From assembly GCA_045106415.1 (NCBI GenBank), contig JBGCEP010000075.1:1-12039 (forward strand): 12,039 nt of DNA. Direction: 5' to 3'. This document shows, piece by piece, positions 1 through 6,698 of the stretch. Each line of letters begins with the position of its first letter. The stretch's first letter is position 1. A program made the translations under genes and the position numbers. The DNA comes from Oligoflexales bacterium (GTDB lineage: Bacteria; Bdellovibrionota_B; Oligoflexia; Oligoflexales; Bog-1112). A model generated the notes under the pieces. The model saw only the letters and a program-made list of their open reading frames with translations. It searched no databases and was not told the DNA's origin.

Positions 1-33
1 GTCTTTTGGCTATGTGAGTTTTTAAAGCGTCAA

Positions 34-76
34 GCCTGCTTCTTTTCTTATGTTTTTGAAAGAAAATAGAGCAGGC
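34..76 (-). terminator. Imperfect inverted repeat just downstream of thyA; possible terminator or mRNA-stabilising hairpin
   Basis: GCCTGCTTCTTTTCTT (34-49) pairs imperfectly with AAGAAAATAGAGCAGGC (60-76) and lies about 15 nt past the thyA stop. There is no strong U-tract on the minus strand, so the intrinsic terminator call is uncertain. Confidence 0.4.
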
Positions 77-90
77 ACGAAGCTGTGATT

Positions 91-891
91 TTACACTGAA
101 ATAGGCGCTTTAATGGTTGGGTGAGGGTCATAACCATGGATTTCAAAGTCATCAAATGTATATTCAAAAAGAGATGAGGGTTTTCTTTTGATATGCAGAG
201 TTGGTAAAGACTTTGTAGAGCGAGACAGTTGTTCTTTAGCTTGTTGGAGATGATTTTTGTATAGATGAACATTTCCGCCGGTCCAAACAAAATCACCGAC
301 TTCTAGATTGCACTGTTGTGCTACCATATGTGTGAGGAGGGCGTAGCTTGCAATATTAAAAGGAGTCCCAAGGAAATAGTCTTGGCTTCTTGCGTAGAGC
401 TGGCAAGAAAGTTTTCCAGCAGCGACATGAAACTGGAAAAGAAGATGACAAGGAGGTAGCGCCATGGCCCCAGATTCAATATCAGCGACATTCCAGGCGC
501 ACACAATGTGTCGACGCGAGTCTGGGTGACTTTGAATTCTATTGACTACATTAGAGATTTGATCGATAGATTTTCCGTTGGGATTTGGCCAACTTCGCCA
601 CTGCTGCCCATAGACAGGACCTAGGTTCCCGTCTTCGTCAGCCCACTCGTTCCAAATGCGAACGTTATTCTCTTGCAAGTATTTGATGTTTGTGTCTCCG
701 GATAAAAACCAGAGAAGCTCATGGATGATCGATCTTAGGTGGAGTTTCTTGGTTGTGAGTAAAGGAAAGCCTTGACTCAAATCAAATCGCATTTGTCGCC
801 CAAACACACAGATTGTTCCTGTGCCTGTGCGATCAGAGCTCTCAACTCCATGAGCGAGAATGTCTTCCATTGTATTGAGGTAGTTGCGCAT
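91..891 (-). CDS. thyA: Thymidylate synthase (classical ThyA), 266 aa
   Basis: Motifs [21 protein letters not shown], LGPVYGxQWR, DSRR, catalytic LPPCH, RSxD, FNIASY, HLYxNH and C-terminal IKAPISV; length typical of ThyA. Confidence 0.98.
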   Translation of the reverse strand: MRNYLNTMEDILAHGVESSDRTGTGTICVFGRQMRFDLSQGFPLLTTKKLHLRSIIHELLWFLSGDTNIKYLQENNVRIWNEWADEDGNLGPVYGQQWRSWPNPNGKSIDQISNVVNRIQSHPDSRRHIVCAWNVADIESGAMALPPCHLLFQFHVAAGKLSCQLYARSQDYFLGTPFNIASYALLTHMVAQQCNLEVGDFVWTGGNVHLYKNHLQQAKEQLSRSTKSLPTLHIKRKPSSLFEYTFDDFEIHGYDPHPTIKAPISV

Positions 892-906
892 GAGGTTTTT
901 TTGTTC

Positions 907-1203
907 CTAAGTGGACGGTGTCGAAGGCTCTTTAGCTGGAGCTGGCTTGCTTTCTGGTTTTGATTCAGAAGCTGTATCCGAGGCTTTAGTGTGAGAAGAG
1001 CTTTTCTGTGCTGCTGATGATGTTGATGTGTAACCTTCTGAATACCAGCCTCCACCTTTTAGGATAAAGGCACTCTGGCTGACAAGTTTTCTGACTGGGC
1101 CTTTCCCGCAGGTTTCACACTCTGAAGGGAGAGGGTCAGAAGAACTCATAATTTTTTCAGAAATTTTAAGGCAAGCTTGGCACTCGAATTCATAAATTGG
1201 CAT
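907..1203 (-). CDS. FmdB-family zinc-ribbon protein with low-complexity Ser/Pro/Lys/Ala tail (98 aa)
   Basis: MPIYEFECQAC...CETCG (two CxxC) and FILKGGGWY signature. The family-typical start MPIYE at ATG 1203 is preferred over the ORF-track start 1272, which would lie upstream of the putative promoter. Confidence 0.92.
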   Translation of the reverse strand: MPIYEFECQACLKISEKIMSSSDPLPSECETCGKGPVRKLVSQSAFILKGGGWYSEGYTSTSSAAQKSSSHTKASDTASESKPESKPAPAKEPSTPST

Positions 1204-1240
1204 AGTATAACCCCATCTCGACAGTCTGCTTCGGTCAAGG

Positions 1241-1269
1241 ATTATGCGCTTTTCGAACCGACGCGTCAA
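1241..1269 (-). promoter_or_regulatory. Sigma70-type promoter for fmdB-like/thyA
   Basis: Minus strand reads TTGACG (1269-1264), 17 nt spacer, CATAAT (1246-1241); the ATG at 1203 is about 38 nt downstream. Confidence 0.65.
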
Positions 1270-1330
1270 CAACTGTGTCGGTTTTCAAAGCGATGCATGA
1301 AACGGTCAAGCTATAGAGTCAACAGCTGGT

Positions 1331-1621
1331 CTATTCTTGGTTTAGACCAGAGTCAACACGTTGCTTGAGTTCCATCCCTGTTTTCCAAAAAGGTAGCCTT
1401 TTTGGTGGAACTGGAATTTTTTGGCCAGTTTTCGGATTGCGACCTTCATATCCTTTATACTCTCGGACAGTAAAAGCTCCAAAACCGCGAATCTCAACAC
1501 GGTCACCGCCACACAATGTCTGAACAACGCTATCAAAGAAAAGATCAACAATTTCTTCAGCTTTTTCAAGTGTGATATCTGCGCGTTCTGCAAGATTCTC
1601 CACAAGTTCAGATTTGACCAT
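1331..1621 (-). CDS. ihfB: HU/IHF-family DNA-binding protein, IHF-beta-like (96 aa)
   Basis: MVKSELV start, GDRVEIRGFGAF, GRNPKTG intercalating arm, KRLPFWKTG. Purine-rich SD-like GGGGGAGAGAG precedes ATG 1621. The family is secure; the beta-subunit assignment is less so. Confidence 0.85.
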   Translation of the reverse strand: MVKSELVENLAERADITLEKAEEIVDLFFDSVVQTLCGGDRVEIRGFGAFTVREYKGYEGRNPKTGQKIPVPPKRLPFWKTGMELKQRVDSGLNQE

Positions 1622-1689
1622 GTGAACTCTCTCCCCCAAAATCGTCTGAACAATATTCAGACTACAACTTATGAATCTAACCTAACGAC

Positions 1690-1717
1690 ATTCTAGCAAC
1701 TTTCTTAGGAAGTGCAA
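1690..1717 (-). promoter_or_regulatory. Putative sigma70 promoter with extended -10 for the ihfB-like gene
   Basis: Minus strand reads TTGCAC (1717-1712), 16 nt spacer, TAGAAT (1695-1690), with TGn immediately before the -10. Confidence 0.45.
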
Positions 1718-1833
1718 ATCTTCTGGAAAAAAAAGAGATATGAATGGTGATAGTGAAGCATGAAAGTTTGTTCACTAAACCTCCATGGAAATGCTACTGT
1801 GAAGGCTCCCGTGTTTTATAGACGAGTAGAAAA

Positions 1834-2790
1834 ATGCAATATATTCAACTTGAAAAACCGATTGTCGTTCTTGAAGAACAAATTCAAGAGCTTCGTGTTC
1901 AGCTGCGAGAACAAAAAAATGATCGTAATCTAGATCAAAAAGTAAATGAATTGGAATTACAACTTGAAGGCTTAAGGGAAAATGTTTTTTCGTCTCTAGA
2001 GCCGTATGAAACTGTCCAGCTTGCGCGGCATCCCATGAGGCCAAGGACGCTTGACTATATTGAGGCAATGACTTCAGAATTTCATGAGTTGCATGGTGAT
2101 CGTAATTATCAAGATGATAAGGCGATTGTAGGAGGTCTTGCGCGTATTGGGTCTCGCTCGGTGATGATCCTAGGTCATCAAAAAGGTCGCGATACTAGCG
2201 AGAATATTTACAGAAATTTTGGAATGCCTCGACCTGAGGGCTACCGTAAAGCATTGCGTTTAATGTCGCTGGCTGAAAGAATTCGGGTTCCGATCGTGAC
2301 ATTAATTGATACCCCGGGAGCTTATCCAGGGGTTGGAGCTGAAGAAAGAGGGCAGTCCGAGGCGATTGGAAAAAATATTTTTGTAATGTCTCGTTTAAAA
2401 GTTCCAATCTTATCCGTTGTGATCGGTGAAGGTGGCTCTGGTGGGGCTCTTGCTTTGGGAGTGGCAAATAAAGTTTTTATGTTGCAGCACAGCATTTACT
2501 CTGTAATTTCTCCTGAAGGTTGTGCTTCGATTCTTTTTAAGAGTGCCGAACGCTCTGCTGATGCAGCGAACGCCCTAGGACTGAATTCTGAAAGCTTGTT
2601 GAATTTAGGTGTGGTTGACGGAGTGATTGAAGAACCTTATGGTGGTGCGCATCGAGACCCAGATGCTGTAATGAGCAAGGTCAAAGATTTGTTACTCGAA
2701 GAGCTTGAAGGTTATGATTCTATGTCTGATGTAGAAATTAAAGAGCAAAGAGCTCAGAGATATCTTCAGATGGGATCGGCAGGTTTATGA
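1834..2790 (+). CDS. accA: Acetyl-CoA carboxylase carboxyltransferase alpha subunit, 318 aa
   Basis: ARHPxRP, ELHGDR, GHQKGRDT, RNFGMPRPEGYRKALRLM, DTPGAYPG, AEERGQSEAI, GEGGSGGALA, YSVISPEGCASIL, EPxGGAHRD. Confidence 0.99.
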   Translation: MQYIQLEKPIVVLEEQIQELRVQLREQKNDRNLDQKVNELELQLEGLRENVFSSLEPYETVQLARHPMRPRTLDYIEAMTSEFHELHGDRNYQDDKAIVGGLARIGSRSVMILGHQKGRDTSENIYRNFGMPRPEGYRKALRLMSLAERIRVPIVTLIDTPGAYPGVGAEERGQSEAIGKNIFVMSRLKVPILSVVIGEGGSGGALALGVANKVFMLQHSIYSVISPEGCASILFKSAERSADAANALGLNSESLLNLGVVDGVIEEPYGGAHRDPDAVMSKVKDLLLEELEGYDSMSDVEIKEQRAQRYLQMGSAGL

Positions 2791-2836
2791 GAGGGTCTGG
2801 CTCGAAAATTAAAATTATGAGATCCTTGAAATATAG

Positions 2837-3595
2837 ATGAAACGGTGGGAAATAATGGATCAAAGCACTGGAATATCAAAAATGGTGTCAAATTTAGGTG
2901 TTGTGCCAGCGAAACCTCTTGTGGTTGCTGTCGATGGGCCTGCTGGCTCTGGAAAATCAACAGTTTGTCAGAAGGTGTGCCAGCTTCTGGGTTGGGCATA
3001 TGTGAACACTGGTTCGATTTATAGAGCTGTGGCCCTTCTTGCTGAAGAGCAGGGCGTTGATCTGAAAAATACTGAAAAAATGAAAAGCTTAGTGAATCAG
3101 CTTGAAGCTCAGGGACGCTGGGATGCTGCTGAAGGGCGCTTACATATTGAAGGTCGAGATGTAACCTCTTTGCTGTCAGGAACAGAGCGAGGCCGTCAAG
3201 CAAGTAGAATTGCGACTCATCCTCAAATCAGGGAAGCCCTTCTACCTGTGTTTAGAACTCTTGTGATGAAGAGTGAGGCTTCTGGAGCTCTAGTCGATGG
3301 TCGAGATATTGGATCTGTGGTCTTTCCTGAAGCGGACCTTAAAATTTATATGACGGCAAGTCTAGAGGTGAGAGCGAAAAGACGTATGTGCCAGCTGAAG
3401 GCTCAAGAATCTGAGTTAAGTCATATTCAAGAGCAGATGCGGCTTCGAGACGAACAAGATCAGTCTCGAGCTGTTGCTCCTTTGATTCAAGCCGAAGGTG
3501 CTGTTCTGTTTGATACCACAGATATGGGCGAAGAAGCCGTGGCGACTGAGCTTCAAGCTTTGATCGAGAAGAAACTTCTTATTGAGCTTCATTAG
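2837..3595 (+). CDS. cmk: Cytidylate kinase
   Basis: VAVDGPAGSGKST P-loop, TGSIYRA, DGRDIGSVVFPEADLKIYMTAS, RAKRR, RDxxDxSRAVAPL. The true start may be the downstream ATG at 2855 or 2882. Confidence 0.95.
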   Translation: MKRWEIMDQSTGISKMVSNLGVVPAKPLVVAVDGPAGSGKSTVCQKVCQLLGWAYVNTGSIYRAVALLAEEQGVDLKNTEKMKSLVNQLEAQGRWDAAEGRLHIEGRDVTSLLSGTERGRQASRIATHPQIREALLPVFRTLVMKSEASGALVDGRDIGSVVFPEADLKIYMTASLEVRAKRRMCQLKAQESELSHIQEQMRLRDEQDQSRAVAPLIQAEGAVLFDTTDMGEEAVATELQALIEKKLLIELH

Positions 3596-3689
3596 GCTTT
3601 TTAAAAGAGCTCGGTAACTTTGACTCTTCGCGACTTTGTGTGCTCGTCGTACCATCATTTTGAATGGATTTTCACGGTGATGGCTTTTC

Positions 3690-6005
3690 ATGCGATCTTT
3701 TTTTCAACTTGATTTTAGTTATTTTCAAAGAAGATACTCTTATTGGATCTTTTTTGTCGTGACGCTTAGCGTCTTAGGTTGGGGCTTTGGTTATACGAGC
3801 CCTGGTCGTTATGTGGAAGAGCGATTTGGTAGCGCTGTTTTATTTCAAGCAAGGCAGATGCTTGGCCTTGCTCCTGCTGTGAACTCTCGACTTAAAATTT
3901 ATGCTCATGACGATAAGATGGTGAGCTATCTCCAAAGACCTTATATGACCCCACAGGAGTGGAGTACGCTTATACGAAGCCTTGCTCCTAACCTTCTACA
4001 CGCTGTTGTTGTTGATCGTGTTTTTGGAGTTTTTGAGGGGGGTGCAGATAAAATGCAGCTTGAAGAACTTGGGGGCTCTTTTGCTCAAGTCCCTATGTTT
4101 GTAGGTGCTTGGGCTTCAAAAGAAGTCAACCCTAATGGTCATAGGCTGGATATGGGGCGTCCAGAATACTCATTGCTTGAAATGACGCAGCAAGACTTAT
4201 CGCAAGTGAGTGAGTTTCCCATGTCGGATAAGCTGGTGGCATATGGACCTGCCACAGATCTTGCGCCGTATGTCCATGGCATTGGGCACTTCTTATACAC
4301 GGGGCAAGGAAGAGTGAACCCATTGTTGAGGGTTGCTGATGACTTAGCTGTCCCTCATATCACATCACTCACATCTGAAAGTATTGAGGTTAAAGATAAT
4401 GAATTTTATCTTAACGGAAAGCATGTCCCTTTAGATCGTTGGAAAAAACTTCCTGTGAACTTTCCTGATGTGAGAGAGCTAGAAAGTCGCGTATTTAGTC
4501 TTAGGTCTTTATTTGTGAGAGCAAAACGAGGTGTGCCACATGGTGGCCTTGATGAGAAAGACTATGTTCTTATTATTCCTGCTTACTTCACAGGTCACCT
4601 TGATACTGGCTGGACCCCTTTAGGAAGGCAACCTTTGGGGTTTGTGTTGGCTTCTTTACTAAATAGTGCTTTGAATGAAAAATGGCTTTCCGTGTGGTCT
4701 TTGAGCCTATGGCTTACGTTATTAGCAACCCTTTTAGGAGGGGGTGTGGGTCTTTTACAAAATAAAGTTGCACTATGGGGGATGTCCTTTGCTTTAGCGG
4801 TAACTTCCGTTGGAATGGCTATTTTTATTTTTTGTTGGTTTGGAGTGATTTTTCCATGGTTATCTTGGGTGCCTCTTTTCCTTCTAGCTGTGTTATTTGT
4901 GGCTTCTCATCGTGGGCTCGAACAACAAAGAACAGCTCTGGGTCTTGAGGCTGCTCTAGGTGGCCTTGTTCCTAATCAAGCCTTAAGAGAGCTTATTCGA
5001 GAGCCAGAACGTTTTAAAAAGCCAGCTTCTGAAAAGCTTATGACGATTGCTTTTTTAGATATTGTGGGCTTTTCCGCTATGGCTGAAAGAGAATCACCAG
5101 AGAAAATATTTGGAAGGCTGAAAAGTCTTCTCGGTGATTTTACTGAAATTGTTCACCATTACGGAGGGGTTGTTGATAAAACTCTTGGTGATGGGATGCT
5201 TTTCTTTTTTGGGTATGATTTTAGTGAACAAAGCCCCTCTGAAACTCATGGAGCAGAAGAAGCCATCGCTTGTGCAATGGAAATACAAAGGCGTAACCTG
5301 CAAAAAAATCTTCAACTTCTCGAAGAAGATGAAAGTGAAGTCATTGTCCCTTTAAGAATTGGTATTAACACGGCTTATGTTTATATTGGGGACTTGGGAA
5401 CAGAGTCTCGGATTGACTATACGGTGATTGGACAAGGAGTAAATCTTGCTCAAAGACTCGAGTCTGCTTGTGCCCCCTTTGCTGTGATGATGTCTGATGC
5501 AACACGTACATATGCGAAGTTGACACCAGAGGGGCTGGAACAAAAGAGAGTTCGTGCGAAACATCGAGGTGAACTTTTTGCGGCTTGGGAGCTTGACCCC
5601 TTTATTGAAGAGCGTGAACAGGTTGACCGAGCTTGTCGATTATATGCTGAATACCAAACAAGGCGTGAAGTCCGTTGGACGGTTTATGATCCAGGGGCAT
5701 TTACCATTCAGGTACAAAGCCATGATGTGGTGTTAAGGGACTTTTCGCGTTTTGGGATGTCTGTTAGTTGTGAAAAACATCTCAAGGGAAGTGTATCTGT
5801 TGTGATTCACCAAGGTGGCCAATCTGTTAAAAGATATCAGGCAGAGGTGCGGTGGCATAGACTCGATGAGGAAGTCTTTCACCATGGTTTGCAGATGGCT
5901 TTTCAAGGTGGGCGTGAGGAAAAAGAGTTTTATGAAGTTTTTCTCAGAGAAGTTCATGGAGGCCAAAGGCAAGCCCAACCTAAAAGACCTTTAAGAGAGC
6001 GCTAA
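3690..6005 (+). CDS. Membrane-bound class III adenylate cyclase: TM, CHASE2-like sensor, 3 TM, cyclase, PilZ (771 aa)
   Basis: N-terminal TM; CHASE2-like elements (VVVDRVF, D-x-x-x-TPLG, LASLLNSAL) followed by three hydrophobic helices; cyclase motifs AFLDIVGFS, VDKTLGDG, RIGINT, GDLG, DYTVIGQGVNLAQRLE; C-terminal RREVR and DFSRFG match the PilZ RxxxR and DxSxxG motifs. Confidence 0.9.
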   Translation: MRSFFQLDFSYFQRRYSYWIFFVVTLSVLGWGFGYTSPGRYVEERFGSAVLFQARQMLGLAPAVNSRLKIYAHDDKMVSYLQRPYMTPQEWSTLIRSLAPNLLHAVVVDRVFGVFEGGADKMQLEELGGSFAQVPMFVGAWASKEVNPNGHRLDMGRPEYSLLEMTQQDLSQVSEFPMSDKLVAYGPATDLAPYVHGIGHFLYTGQGRVNPLLRVADDLAVPHITSLTSESIEVKDNEFYLNGKHVPLDRWKKLPVNFPDVRELESRVFSLRSLFVRAKRGVPHGGLDEKDYVLIIPAYFTGHLDTGWTPLGRQPLGFVLASLLNSALNEKWLSVWSLSLWLTLLATLLGGGVGLLQNKVALWGMSFALAVTSVGMAIFIFCWFGVIFPWLSWVPLFLLAVLFVASHRGLEQQRTALGLEAALGGLVPNQALRELIREPERFKKPASEKLMTIAFLDIVGFSAMAERESPEKIFGRLKSLLGDFTEIVHHYGGVVDKTLGDGMLFFFGYDFSEQSPSETHGAEEAIACAMEIQRRNLQKNLQLLEEDESEVIVPLRIGINTAYVYIGDLGTESRIDYTVIGQGVNLAQRLESACAPFAVMMSDATRTYAKLTPEGLEQKRVRAKHRGELFAAWELDPFIEEREQVDRACRLYAEYQTRREVRWTVYDPGAFTIQVQSHDVVLRDFSRFGMSVSCEKHLKGSVSVVIHQGGQSVKRYQAEVRWHRLDEEVFHHGLQMAFQGGREEKEFYEVFLREVHGGQRQAQPKRPLRER

Positions 6006-6485
6006 GCTTTGATTTTCATGTGATGAAGTTGTGTATGAAGAAGCGTCAAGGGGGGAGTCTGTGTTATCTTTTTGAAAAATTTGAAAGTGTCTTGGTATTT
6101 GAGATCTTTCTTGGCTTTCGAGTTGGTAGTTCGAAGGGTTTGTTGCTTTAAGTTCTTCGAGTCGTCCTTGAGCATCAGATTCAGTGAGGTGCCAAAAATT
6201 TTCAGCGTGCTGCCATAATCCAGCACCTTGCCATGTAGGGTTTTCTTCCCAGACTTGTACAAACCATCCTTTTTGAGATGGTTCATTACGTAAGAGCTCA
6301 TCGATTTTCTTTTTACGCCAGGCTGCGAGGTTTGAGCTCGCTTTTTTAAAACTCAACCCTCTTGTGAGTCTCTCTGCGCCAGCATCTAAGTCCCATACAC
6401 GTAAAACCCACGAATCACCCTGTTGAAAAATGGATGATGTGGCTTCGACTATCTTACAGCTGGTTTCGAATGTTAAAGGCTCCAA
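5991..6485 (-). CDS. Hypothetical Trp-rich protein (about 164 aa)
   Basis: Long ORF filling the gap between two plus-strand genes. In-frame TTG at 6485 has AGGAG 7 nt upstream (6497-6493) and is preferred to 6503. The 3' end overlaps the cyclase gene by 15 nt. No family recognised. Confidence 0.7.
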   Translation of the reverse strand: MEPLTFETSCKIVEATSSIFQQGDSWVLRVWDLDAGAERLTRGLSFKKASSNLAAWRKKKIDELLRNEPSQKGWFVQVWEENPTWQGAGLWQHAENFWHLTESDAQGRLEELKATNPSNYQLESQERSQIPRHFQIFQKDNTDSPLDASSYTTSSHENQSLALS

Positions 6486-6698
6486 AATGACACTCCTGAT
6501 CAATGAAGAGAGAATTCCACAACAGGGCGCGTATATTAACAGGATGTTTTCTTTTGGTCCAGATGAATTTTTGAAACAAAGATCTTTTAAATAAAGAACT
6601 TGTGTTCACAGCTGCAGAGTGCAGAAGTGACCGACCGTAGAAATGAAAGACAGATGTAGAATAAACGGAGCTGTTGTGCTGTGTTTGAAGGGGGTGTT

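Noticed and set aside
5..33. Minus-strand TTGACG as a promoter downstream of thyA
   Set aside because: No acceptable -10 hexamer at 16-18 nt spacing.
91..891. ThyA homologue as a phage-type dCMP/dUMP hydroxymethylase or defence gene
   Set aside because: Full canonical ThyA motif set including the dUMP-specifying Asn, in a housekeeping context.
48..1696. Short alternative ORFs (48-296, 321-506, 772-963, 777-1055, 1177-1368, 1342-1653, 1421-1696)
   Set aside because: All overlap well-supported thyA, fmdB-like or ihfB-like genes in other frames or on the opposite strand and have no recognisable motifs.
5040..5620. Cyclase as a Pycsar (cUMP/cCMP) antiphage enzyme or guanylate cyclase
   Set aside because: It has the Lys/Thr ATP-specificity pair and a CHASE2-like/TM sensor architecture, and there is no adjacent TIR or TM-cNMP-binding effector.
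1775..5978. Antisense or alternate-frame ORFs within accA, cmk and the cyclase gene
   Set aside because: Shadow ORFs of conserved genes, with no SD or motif support.
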